Below, one piece after another: positions 33,101 through 39,698 of a stretch of DNA of 64,000 bases. The first letter of the stretch is position 1. Each line of letters opens with the position of its first letter. The notes below the pieces were generated by a model, which saw nothing but the letters and a program-made list of their open reading frames with translations, was not told the origin of the DNA and made no database searches. Source of the stretch: a virus (Duplodnaviria > Caudoviricetes); IMG/VR virus record IMGVR_UViG_3300027764_000001, positions 1,302 to 65,301 of that record. One strand, 5' to 3'. A program made the translations under genes and the position numbers.

Positions 33101-33853
33101 TTATTACTATCTTTCTTAAATACACCATTTCAGTACTCGAGAATAATAAAGAGATCTGTTATTGATTTAGCTAAGGGAAGAGGAGATGTTGCAAATAATA
33201 TTGCTAAGATAGTTTACTATTCTACTATTCAAAACATTATGTTTAACTTCTTACAAAATGCTTTATTTAGTATTATATGGGACGATGATGACGAAAGAGA
33301 TGAAGCAGGTAATGGTAAATTTGATAAAGCTAAGATCAGAGCAGTAAGTGGATCTTTAGATACATTATTAAGAGGTTCTGGATTACAAGGAGTAATTATA
33401 TCTACCGTTAAGAATATAATAATAAAATGGTATGAGAAGAGTGGTGATCCAAAAGGATATGGAGATGTATTATTAGAAGCTGCAAACCTTGCTCCTTCTA
33501 TAGGTATTAAAGCGAGAGCTTTGGCTAAGTCTTATAAAGCTGTTGAATACAATAAAGATGAGATAAAGTATAAAGGATTTAGTCTAGATAATACTTACGC
33601 ATTAGAAGCATTGACATCTTTGACATCAGCCGCAACAAACGTACCAGTAGATAGATTAATGCAGAAATTTGAAAATGTATCAAACGCATTAAATGAAGAA
33701 TATGAAGCATGGCAAAGAGTTGCTTTTGCGATGGGTTATAATAAATGGAACTTAGGTATTAGCGACGAGAAAAATGTGTCAACAAATGCCGCGGGTGAAT
33801 TGAAGATACCAGAGTTAAAACAAGCTGAATTAAAAATGCCAGAATTAAAATAA
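24155..33853 (+). CDS. giant multidomain internal virion (ejection/polyvalent) protein
   Basis: 3232 aa, last gene of the virion module; HEFLH zincin motif, sigma-region-2-like segment, SSWCT..DFYIF domain, four (V/I)KFSL motifs, helical C-terminus. Confidence 0.75.
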   Translation: MEETYTLPDGSTVDISSYSQFQKTNFLIKNPGAKKSKGTAKSATALPKNQALGQSTESKQAGGSSGSKKFRLPTEAEINTQRKKGLMPPPSTIRFSEGEYNADSFEYDLRGNLSKKKNKPLPEYKYGEGYKSKHEETKEVYLASKDNAKVKINKPISTTTKYIQQDIDEAEVPDPFLKDLKIKQLEREKSRTDSELEHPYLYYSSFNQEKPDSFVKDNFNELELEDMGINAQDFDGFLNKNKYKEDFLDKEQRGLFTEGTGVSGYDVELAKELQKKRLLTLYMSNIQSRDITRQVINQDLEINKGLRDKRDIKENIIFDDNKLINYVEKNFPIYTQKLKENEVKSRKIYEEAKTGGTDFWSWNTVEKIGNATWNGFTDRIHQLSATTYEKLGMRDQAEYSRFLADQDAVETPDDRSVGYVGGKETYVDGKKYLVSAKGDVYDADLKIRITDLLEPKSREKIYDSSKYGNSSYIFSPQGVAVGTAAVMGDMIIQAALTRGVGAFAGIATESRIALSVAGKQTQASQLLNSASSALKMIPIKRSTGYAMVSQGALGYSQGFEETLKAARENGINDEEAFALASNAAQRMGVLYATTGVINPQTNLVDNLFTAKNVVKKAIEQYTKTGKKGFIQSIDDVVRNTPRNFVEFVEEGGKEVVQENVQQVGEIALNKITNLEAGKKILNEEYTASDFINTSILSFISSGLISKAKLPNFQQQDSDIDDLTSLSKLAQNKVQFTKTLDGLVDTKVFTIDEANNLKADVDTYSNNINKLRRDISPSAAMPVMRELDKVTKLENQKKSVDKAFHEEIDLEIEGVRNNIRDIVYNDQVKSKNQTIFTAIKKGIVKDLDLKTFSTTAEVKAYLMEELGFDEKSAEFQSNQGGAIIPYEVLAGFSNNPESIKPGQKIIVVNEQKGRESGASEIVQHEFLHGLIHETVKDDPEIQKLLGVALSKELFKLKDIVEAKGTKDNPVPDEFVRRFGKYVEFYDKLQLKERVRYQTFEISKQEYEDKVNQLLGNQWEEVLTLYSDAISNGTVKYDEGTFTRLKDVLRQVLQRLGIKDIKFESGKDVYNFIKDYNKSVETGNFGLAMKKIGNSGAEVNKEKLRQETGIKPFESKLIRRQDDVSTDGIKFSLSERKSSEDIKKDVNKNYDKDKWGAGSALSRDENPAIERVLYDVLSEYDYIIKGKAKVLNFANTPGYNDLDMISETYIQLMPHIRNFNKEFLQKREEFKKELISKGLEPNSAELKQKLEEQDKKGYEGKKGIVKENDDLNAWINSQLVNKMNAAMKSGNVSEEAFTDDIEGEMFKESRIVDGFTGDQSYLEDEGDSVFDSEEDFAQEQNQLAVLLSDPVYRFVDEKGKPIDIETVPFGGFFVTDISDPSIAANIKLRTETDPTKTAELKRELNDLKRGLELQNKQDITFEEKEELKQLKSFKSYDLSTGLMVNTFKALSIQDTPAKIITDEVGREILRSPNIQTLEYRNFKEKLSTTSKTMARRMTFKNGPEIESLMYNEWKLLYDVINHPVDPVTGQSSYASKKLPPRLKETDDKGNFTKIKNITRVRFLQSYYGIDEATRIIKIYGGANVDKELNEFEDPELSEKDGNSLRPTTYFDRRTALMELFGDVLVLQEARRLIRNPEFLDRVAGRNVNLYNELKDDVIRASVLNDMSKGKSDLVKFSLADKKTVKRKPDYTTASPINTLGNDPFYSLKYVELFSSPSELVKFSLTDIEEEAEEPASKFKDFLSRIDFRELNDDDGWILKTLQQSDLQDDNINTKKLHTLRSTSELYDEISDRFDNLFGSLSVTNSENQWIIKEYKDGYIDAMLDRSLTIPEEAFNEPYWSKMKIDESFRKEELLKVQNQQRIALILLSETVNEIDSFEYSMFFKYLLMKDALSNRYYPDGEKGIIKKSIKKSEYRTTIQPIQDYSNLDFVKEIQKDYKYKKNVGIGAIYLAKKMTEVPLDFSKNFIQEVDYRDNLYKFNRGEEQSEINALNKLASYSVKSGYPGSSWCTGSSKFMAANQLKDGDFYIFANKQTKIPTLAVRYVGDNIAEMAGTRDNQDLWKQDFDQVEFAINNLPASNKEIALNQVEIAKRLSKVTGKEIKEIEEEKVLNKLIFSKEINIHFEKDLYQKSRSAFLKLKELALQKVMKAGGSLLELYKTGFNIDENGTSFVTNELDLGTINKIDEFTENVSIKLQYAVDEANDIEFSENVIFPYEYLELNELKKAKILSINGVTSLTIPKLTEAELLSVDFDKLVEEQSAISLPSKTNYNIDFQFSDNDQDEISEFLVFDKDIDMSDFDLGLYFNELEMEGINLSNVQNAKEISISAAFVDYIYLSKKIKTLSTENLYGKSTSSIEVQGVEEIDTLKMEWANFDGILFEDLKKIGTVEITLRDEYDDDLEDIIRGSEVFRLADNVFFTFEDYESSNFKTKTLKSKSLPSVKFSLAEENNGKLNPLLKGLPFSKQWIVARDIDNAINKGRAAEGIRIPFSVPSRSKFSDEETAYFIIQKVAEGFNDFEFRVKKNAKGPLTKQVLDALDVKSKEYQNRAERNNNIEKTINDFIEENKGVASSETFSPETAKNIGKNIGKYEMYLPPEDEDFLGLLYTLAGAKGKKGDEQLKFLTDTLLKPYSDAMLNLMKARQTMYKDWQDLINKKHKGISKLLKQDSGYGGYLVDQAVRVYLWSTAGYDIPGLDKKDLFHLREIVRTNPKLRTFAADVSLLSKQANGYTEPDSNWGFGSVVSDINGVISKSNRKKYLEQWQNNIDKAFSKDNLSKIEAVYGRKYVKALRNTLDRMKTGSNRAEGSNDSFLNWLNGATAVTMFTNIRSAFLQTLGAVNYLNTSDNNIVKAGAALLNVPQFLKDFNTIWNSDYSKDRRSGLTNDIAEAELAQVMNDPRNKSVIDKFKAANYWILKKGYGPTRFADSFAIAFGGATFYRNRLDAYTKKGMSEADAEKETMRDFYEISESSQQSADVSKISMNQASTKGRLLLSFLNTPFQYSRIIKRSVIDLAKGRGDVANNIAKIVYYSTIQNIMFNFLQNALFSIIWDDDDERDEAGNGKFDKAKIRAVSGSLDTLLRGSGLQGVIISTVKNIIIKWYEKSGDPKGYGDVLLEAANLAPSIGIKARALAKSYKAVEYNKDEIKYKGFSLDNTYALEALTSLTSAATNVPVDRLMQKFENVSNALNEEYEAWQRVAFAMGYNKWNLGISDEKNVSTNAAGELKIPELKQAELKMPELK
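29168..29187 (+). repeat. 20-bp direct repeat, copy 1 (encodes VKFSLA)
   Basis: GTTAAATTTAGTTTAGCAGA, identical at 31463-31482. Confidence 0.9.
31463..31482 (+). repeat. 20-bp direct repeat, copy 2
   Basis: GTTAAATTTAGTTTAGCAGA, identical to 29168-29187 and in the same frame (offset 2295 nt). Confidence 0.9.
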
Positions 33854-33901
33854 CAGGAACAAGACAACTGAGCACCATACTCAAAGTTCCTATATAAAGA
33901 A

Positions 33902-33926
33902 AGGGGATCACTTAATTGTGTCCCCT
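33902..33926. terminator. hairpin at the convergence of + and - operons
   Basis: AGGGGATCAC-ttaatt-GTGTCCCCT between convergent genes. Confidence 0.6.
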
Positions 33927-33943
33927 ATTCTTGTTTATAGTTA

Positions 33944-34144
33944 TTAATCAATTTCTTCTTTTTCTTTTTTAGCTTTTTCAGTCATAGACTTAATAGCTTC
34001 ATCATAACCAGGCATTAATTTTAAAGTTTGAAAAGTACCAGAAGCTAACGTGGTTAAGTTCTGTTGCTCGTTCATAACTTGTTGTAGAACTCTTACTAGA
34101 GCTTCTATCTTATTCTTCATTTCAATTAAAGTTTGTTCTTTCAT
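33944..34144 (-). CDS. hypothetical coiled-coil protein
   Basis: 66 aa ORF coupled to the upstream gene. Confidence 0.65.
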   Translation of the reverse strand: MKEQTLIEMKNKIEALVRVLQQVMNEQQNLTTLASGTFQTLKLMPGYDEAIKSMTEKAKKEKEEID

Positions 34145-34145
34145 A

Positions 34146-34718
34146 TTAAATTGTTTTATAAAACATTACAAATACATATCTTCCTTTTTCCCAAGCAGTC
34201 GCTGGATATTTACTATGAAAATAGTTAGAAGGATAACTAACTAGTCTATTTTCGTTATTTCCTATAAGTGATTTTAATTTCCACTTTTTTTCTTCATTAG
34301 AATCTTCTAATATCATTCTATCAAATTCCTCAGAAGTAACATAATCAGGAAGTTTATCTCCATAATGTTCGTGTTCCCAAAAAGCAGTTCCATTTAAACC
34401 TTCTAGTTCTGATTTAGACATGTATAATACACAAGCTCTATCTGGTTTAACACCTTCAATTATATAATCAGAGTGTATTCTTAAATCATTATCTAGTTTA
34501 TCAGTAGCACATCTAAAGAAAGATAATATAGGTTGTATTGTTTTGTTTTCTTTTTCAGAAAGTATATTACAAACTACTTCAATAAAATCTTCATCTACTT
34601 TTTGTACGTAGAAAGATTTTTCACCCATAACAACTTCAGTATTTTCATTGTTTTGAATAGTATAAGAATAAAAATCATAATAACTTTTTTCTAAAAAATT
34701 ATCTACTACATATATCAT
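34146..34718 (-). CDS. 2OG-Fe(II) oxygenase superfamily protein
   Basis: IHSD (HxD), VLYM, GTAFW, distal FHSKYP and conserved R (GRYVFVMF). Confidence 0.7.
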   Translation of the reverse strand: MIYVVDNFLEKSYYDFYSYTIQNNENTEVVMGEKSFYVQKVDEDFIEVVCNILSEKENKTIQPILSFFRCATDKLDNDLRIHSDYIIEGVKPDRACVLYMSKSELEGLNGTAFWEHEHYGDKLPDYVTSEEFDRMILEDSNEEKKWKLKSLIGNNENRLVSYPSNYFHSKYPATAWEKGRYVFVMFYKTI

Positions 34719-34799
34719 ATATTTTCTTTTTTAATGTTGTTAACCTGCCACAAATCATTTATGTAGCAGGTATATATCCAACATTTAGTTCCTAAATAA

Positions 34800-36668
34800 C
34801 TATACAACTTCACAATTACCACCTCCACAAGCTGCAGAGTCTGAAAAATTAGTGTTATCTTGTACTTCTACAACCTTAGACAAATCAACATCTTTTAATG
34901 TAGACATCATTTGTTCATAAACTTCTTTAGTACAATCTTCAAACGGTGTTTGTTTATATGTTCCACCATTATAAGGTAACACAGATAAACCATTGTAGTA
35001 ATCTTTGTTTGCCCACATCCATTCACCAATGATTTTCCATTCATCATCTCTTACTGAAACAGTACAAGATACGTTATGAGTATTATTACCTTTAATATGA
35101 CCAGGTTTAACCCAGTCTTTAGATATTAGTTTTACTCTTTCAAGAGCGTCTAACGTAGACTCGTGTCTTGTTATTGCTCCTTCTGGCGCTTTCTGAGGTA
35201 CAGAAATTACAGATTGTAGTGTAGGATTAAAATATTCATCTTCTAATAATTCTGGGTGATTAATAGCTAAATAAGAGTATATAGCTTCGTTTTTACCTAA
35301 TCGCATTCTACGAATATAGTAATCATTATGCCAAGCGTGAATACCACTAGATGTGCCAAGCACCAAACTAGTAGTTCCTGCTGGTTTGACGGCTGTAGTA
35401 CGAGCAGCAACATTAATTCCAAGAATATTAGCAATATCATTATTCGTAGCTTTAACGATGTTAGCAGCTTCTTCATAGTTTAATTCTAAATTTGATTTAG
35501 AGGCAATACCAGTCATTGATACACCTAATAACGCGTCTTTTTCTGTATTCTTTTTCCATATATCACGTAGATAATGAAAATCAGAATATGATGCTTGTAG
35601 TGTGCCTAGAAACGATGCTGCCGATGATCTAGCATTAAACTCTTCTTGACTGTCTATATCAGACATATTTATCTCTGTTAAGTTACAGAATTGATAAGGT
35701 CTCAAAGCAATTTCACAACAAGGATTAGTTCCCCAGTCTTTATCATTAGTTAAGTATATACCGGGTTCACCAGAACCAGAAGCTTCAATACGCTCCCATA
35801 CTTTATCAAAAGTCTTTTTATTAATTTTATGACGTACTAAAACAACAGAATTATTAGCTCTACCTCTTTGTGGGTTGTCTTCCCACCAATTACCTGCTTT
35901 ACAATTCAACATCGCGCTGCTATCTAAATCAAATAAAGAGATCATCGCTGCTCTTCTAATTCCACCTGCTAAAACAGCATCAGCTATATGGCATTGAATA
36001 TCATGACACTCAATATCTGTTAGTTTTGATCTATCCTCTTTTTCTCTAAGAATAGCTTCGATCTTAACTAACGCTAATCTCAATGGTTCTGGACCAGGTG
36101 CTTTACCACCAGCGGTAACAAGTAATGCTCCTTTCTGTCTAATATCTGATAAATCAAATTCTATATGAGATGTTAATCCTCCAGTATAAGACTTGAACAA
36201 GGTTTTAACTGCATCTGCCCAACCAATAATACTGTCTTGAACTACATATCTTTTCTTTCTATCATAATTAGGTTTTCTAATTTCTGGTAATTTTTCTATT
36301 TGATGATTTTGTACTGAATATCCAACGCCTGTTCCGCCTAACAACAAGAACATCGTTTCTGAAAAACTATGTATGCTATCAACAGGTAAAAAAGCACAAT
36401 TATAAATCCGTGCGTTATTGAGCTCGATTGCTTTACCGCCGAATTGTAAACTACGCATTGATGGTAAAACCTTTTTATTAAATACAAAATTTTCATAAAT
36501 ACCTTTTATACTTTCTTTTAATTGTGGAAACTTCTCTATATGCATTTCCATATTCCTTGTTACTAATTCTTCCCAAGTTTCTCGCCTTTCTTTTTGTGGC
36601 AGATATTTAGCGTACTTAGTGTATACCGTGATTTCAGATAAAATCTGTTTGTCTAGTGTTAAACTCAT
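34800..36668 (-). CDS. nrdJ: class II (adenosylcobalamin-dependent) ribonucleotide reductase
   Basis: NCAF, GTNPCCEI, FCNL, TTAVKPAGTTSL, C-terminal CGGGNC; no nrdB nearby. Confidence 0.9.
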   Translation of the reverse strand: MSLTLDKQILSEITVYTKYAKYLPQKERRETWEELVTRNMEMHIEKFPQLKESIKGIYENFVFNKKVLPSMRSLQFGGKAIELNNARIYNCAFLPVDSIHSFSETMFLLLGGTGVGYSVQNHQIEKLPEIRKPNYDRKKRYVVQDSIIGWADAVKTLFKSYTGGLTSHIEFDLSDIRQKGALLVTAGGKAPGPEPLRLALVKIEAILREKEDRSKLTDIECHDIQCHIADAVLAGGIRRAAMISLFDLDSSAMLNCKAGNWWEDNPQRGRANNSVVLVRHKINKKTFDKVWERIEASGSGEPGIYLTNDKDWGTNPCCEIALRPYQFCNLTEINMSDIDSQEEFNARSSAASFLGTLQASYSDFHYLRDIWKKNTEKDALLGVSMTGIASKSNLELNYEEAANIVKATNNDIANILGINVAARTTAVKPAGTTSLVLGTSSGIHAWHNDYYIRRMRLGKNEAIYSYLAINHPELLEDEYFNPTLQSVISVPQKAPEGAITRHESTLDALERVKLISKDWVKPGHIKGNNTHNVSCTVSVRDDEWKIIGEWMWANKDYYNGLSVLPYNGGTYKQTPFEDCTKEVYEQMMSTLKDVDLSKVVEVQDNTNFSDSAACGGGNCEVV

Positions 36669-36678
36669 TAATTGTTTT

Positions 36679-36840
36679 TTAATATATTATTGTTAGTGAA
36701 ATTGTTACAAATGGAATATATAAAGCAAAGCATCTTTCTTGATTTATATCATCTTCGTATATTCTAAAGCCTAATAATAAACCTGGATATAATCCAACTT
36801 CAAATTCCCATTCTTCGTATTCGTTATTGTTTAGTGTCAT
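36679..36840 (-). CDS. small hydrophobic protein (53 aa, not in the ORF track)
   Basis: Hand-translated MTLNNNEYEEWEFEVGLYPGLLLGFRIYEDDINQERCFALYIPFVTISLTIIY; fills the operon gap. Confidence 0.55.
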   Translation of the reverse strand: MTLNNNEYEEWEFEVGLYPGLLLGFRIYEDDINQERCFALYIPFVTISLTIIY

Positions 36841-37312
36841 AATTTCTATTTTTTAAGATTAATTCAACTGTTATATCACATTCTTTTTGACTTTGCGGTT
36901 TGTATAATGTTCTATCATCTTTTTCTATATACATTAAATACTTAAACATTTTCCAACGTAATGGAAACGAATCATTTGCTCTACCTTTTGTTTCTATTAT
37001 AAAATCATCTCCAATAAAATCTGGTGTATATTTAAGGTTTAACACCTTTTTATTTCCTCTGTTTATATAATCACCTTTACCGTTTGATTGTCTTTCATAA
37101 CATTCACTATTAAAATGAAAAGCTGGTAGTAATTCAAATGTTTTGCCTTCGTACTTAAATTCTAGCCCTGCGTCTTTTAAAACTTTATACATGTATTTTT
37201 CTAAACCAGAAGCAAAGGTGATACCGTCGTATACCACCTTTTTTGAAACTACTGGTCCTTTTTTTCTAACTATTCTCTTCATAGTGTAAACCGTCATTGC
37301 CGTTTTGGCCAA
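36824..37312 (-). CDS. T7 endonuclease I-like resolvase
   Basis: FASGLE...YEG...YTPDF...IETKG pattern. Confidence 0.75.
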   Translation of the reverse strand: MAKTAMTVYTMKRIVRKKGPVVSKKVVYDGITFASGLEKYMYKVLKDAGLEFKYEGKTFELLPAFHFNSECYERQSNGKGDYINRGNKKVLNLKYTPDFIGDDFIIETKGRANDSFPLRWKMFKYLMYIEKDDRTLYKPQSQKECDITVELILKNRNYDTKQ

Positions 37313-37622
37313 CTACTTCCATTCTGTCTTCATCTATAATAAACTTGTAGTTATGACCATCCGGAACGTCTTTAAATTCTTGTATCAAAGCTTCTTCAGT
37401 TAAATCTTGAATTTCTTCTTTGCACGCTTGTATGTATAGCACAGCATCCATTAACTCTTCCTGAACATCGTTTAGATATTTAAAAAGACCTTTCATTTTT
37501 TTAGTACGCTCGTCGTGTAGAGTATTTCCATACTTAGCAAAACCTACATCTGATCTTGATACAAACTTGTCTACTACTCTTTCTACTACTGGATCTCTAA
37601 ACTTGATTTTCTTTTCTGTCAT
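37266..37622 (-). CDS. all-alpha NTP pyrophosphatase-like small protein
   Basis: GFAKYGNTL...VQEELMDAVLY, EExxD-type metal-binding pattern. Confidence 0.4.
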   Translation of the reverse strand: MTEKKIKFRDPVVERVVDKFVSRSDVGFAKYGNTLHDERTKKMKGLFKYLNDVQEELMDAVLYIQACKEEIQDLTEEALIQEFKDVPDGHNYKFIIDEDRMEVVGQNGNDGLHYEENS

Positions 37623-37623
37623 A

Positions 37624-38442
37624 TTATAAAGTTGATTTTAAATGTTCGTTTATTTTTTTAACAAATGTTCCATTAACCATTTCGCCTTGTCTTGATTTAA
37701 TTACATCATAAGCTGATACAACACAATCTTCTACTTTTAATCCTTCTAACGCAGCTAAATTAGTTAATACAACCATCATGTCGCCAATAGCATCAATAAA
37801 TTCTGCTCTATCATTTTTAAGAATAGCTCTAGCTAATTCACCAGCTTCTTCTTGTAACTTAGCGAACTGAGTTTTAGTATCACCAGATTTGTATATACCA
37901 CGATCATCTGCCCATTGCCTAATTAAATCATACACATTAGGAGTTTCACTACTTTCGTCTAAACAAGATGTATCTTGCTGTTTTAAAAACTCACTCATTG
38001 CTTTATTGTATACATAACACCTAGAAGGATTATACATAGACGTTTTAGCGTTTTTAACAATCCAGTCAGCTAATGCATAAGTTAAACCGTGTTTACCAAA
38101 ATAAGTTTCTATCTCCATACCAATGTTGTCCATTAGATTACCTTTCAACTTGTTAATTGGAAAAGGAAATGTTGTTGTTTGTTCTGTTACGTTTAATACC
38201 ATTTGATTTAATTTTTTAGTTTTTCTACTAGTTATTAATTGTTTATAAGATTGCCTATCTACTTTGTAACCATAGACAAGTTGAAGTTCTAATTCTTTTT
38301 CAGATATATAATCTATATCATCGCTAGAGTCTAGAACTTCATATTCGCCACAAGCATAACCTTGTTGTCTTGTTAACCTATCCTTAAGATCACACGTTAC
38401 GCCGATCTTTTTACCAAAAATGTGATATAAATAATACGTCAT
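37624..38442 (-). CDS. mazG: fusion: N-terminal GIY-YIG-like domain + C-terminal MazG-like NTP pyrophosphohydrolase
   Basis: YYLYHIFGKKIGVT..RL at the N-terminus; QWADDRGI..KLQEEAGEL..DAIGDMMVVL at the C-terminus. Confidence 0.65.
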   Translation of the reverse strand: MTYYLYHIFGKKIGVTCDLKDRLTRQQGYACGEYEVLDSSDDIDYISEKELELQLVYGYKVDRQSYKQLITSRKTKKLNQMVLNVTEQTTTFPFPINKLKGNLMDNIGMEIETYFGKHGLTYALADWIVKNAKTSMYNPSRCYVYNKAMSEFLKQQDTSCLDESSETPNVYDLIRQWADDRGIYKSGDTKTQFAKLQEEAGELARAILKNDRAEFIDAIGDMMVVLTNLAALEGLKVEDCVVSAYDVIKSRQGEMVNGTFVKKINEHLKSTL

Positions 38443-38445
38443 TTT

Positions 38446-38625
38446 TTATTCTTTTACAATTACTTCTAAATTAAAAGACTCTAAATCTACAATTATTCCA
38501 ACAGGTTCAAGTCCTTCGTTAATTAATTTGCCAAAAAACTGTTTTAAATCACTTCTGATGAAATATCCACCTTTTGCAGCGTAATCACCATCTTTCCAAA
38601 ATTCTATTGTTTTACTTTCTTGCAT
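38446..38625 (-). CDS. hypothetical protein (59 aa, not in the ORF track)
   Basis: Hand-translated MQESKTIEFWKDGDYAAKGGYFIRSDL...; fills the operon gap. Confidence 0.5.
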   Translation of the reverse strand: MQESKTIEFWKDGDYAAKGGYFIRSDLKQFFGKLINEGLEPVGIIVDLESFNLEVIVKE

Positions 38626-38828
38626 TTGTCTTGTTTTTTATCATTAAAAGTTTGTTTATATTCTATAATAAATCCTATAGCTACTATTATATTCATTCCT
38701 AACGATGCTATTATCTCATGTATATCTTTATATATGTTTGTAGTTAAATGTATATGACCAACCATCCAAAATGGTATTGATAGATTATTAGCAATCCAAG
38801 TTATTGTAAACGTTAAAAACTGTTTCAC
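38604..38828 (-). CDS. small membrane protein
   Basis: 74 aa with hydrophobic stretches; overlaps the stop of the thymidylate-synthase-family gene. Confidence 0.55.
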   Translation of the reverse strand: MKQFLTFTITWIANNLSIPFWMVGHIHLTTNIYKDIHEIIASLGMNIIVAIGFIIEYKQTFNDKKQDKCKKVKQ

Positions 38829-39463
38829 TGTTTATCGTTGTATAAATGTAAGTTGTGTGCAAAGTGATAGTATGTACCAACTTCTAATTGTAGAACTTCA
38901 GCAACATCTTTTTGTAACATTGAAAAACAGAATTGATCGTTACAGAAACCGTACCAGAGATCATTAGAACGCATTAGAACAGACATATTTAATTTTCCGT
39001 CTAAGATTGTGAATTGAACTGCGTACGTGCAAGGAGTGTCATTAGAATACGTATCTATTTCTTTACCGTCATATATAGACAATGTTGCTTTTCTAGTGTT
39101 TGGATTATCTTGTAACATCTTTACAACTTTGCCTAATTGATCGTTTCTTCGCCATTGCCAACCGTAATTAGATCTAACGTTACCATCTTCGTCCATCATT
39201 TTTTTCCACATTGGTGCATACTTAGATATTTCGACACCAGAAGGATCACCAGATAGGTACCATTGCCATTCTCTCATTGCATAAGTAGGATTCCATTTTC
39301 TTTCAGCAAATTGTATATGGTTATCTTCAGGATTTTGAATTTCAAAACCAACATTAAATAAAGCTTTAGTATTATCAAAACCAATACCGTCTTGCCTTAT
39401 TTTATCTAGAAAATAAACAAATGCTTCATCAGCGTTTTTAAAACTATTTCTTGTATTTTTCAT
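38825..39463 (-). CDS. thymidylate synthase family enzyme, dCMP-hydroxymethylase-like (Asp-type)
   Basis: SNYGWQW, NPNTRKA, DTPCT (catalytic Cys), MRSNDLWYGFCND, HNLHLY; likely start MKNTRN at 39463. Confidence 0.8.
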   Translation of the reverse strand: MKNTRNSFKNADEAFVYFLDKIRQDGIGFDNTKALFNVGFEIQNPEDNHIQFAERKWNPTYAMREWQWYLSGDPSGVEISKYAPMWKKMMDEDGNVRSNYGWQWRRNDQLGKVVKMLQDNPNTRKATLSIYDGKEIDTYSNDTPCTYAVQFTILDGKLNMSVLMRSNDLWYGFCNDQFCFSMLQKDVAEVLQLEVGTYYHFAHNLHLYNDKQ

Positions 39464-39698
39464 AATAGTAAATATAAAATTCATACATTTTTTTCCATAT
39501 ATCCATTTTTTTATAAGACTCAGGACTAACACTTATTTTTTTATTCATTTCAATGCATATATACCATTCTAGAGTTGATTTTGCTAATGGAGATATATAT
39601 ATACCGTTTTTAATGCACCAATCTCTTGCTTCTTTTTCTTTAGTAGAATATAAGTAGTTACCCATGTCTATAACAACTCTTTTTGCCATTATTCCCAA
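39444..39698 (-). CDS. hypothetical protein
   Basis: 84 aa ORF coupled to neighbours. Confidence 0.6.
   Translation of the reverse strand: MGIMAKRVVIDMGNYLYSTKEKEARDWCIKNGIYISPLAKSTLEWYICIEMNKKISVSPESYKKMDIWKKMYEFYIYYYEKYKK

Noticed and set aside
24155-33853. Virion RNA polymerase (as in crAss-like phages) within the giant protein
   Set aside because: No DxDxD catalytic motif found; the nearest strings (DFDGF, DFDLG, DIDMSD) lack the pattern or context
36679-36840. Apparent frameshifted small gene between RNR and the endonuclease
   Set aside because: Careful re-translation gives one continuous 53-aa ORF
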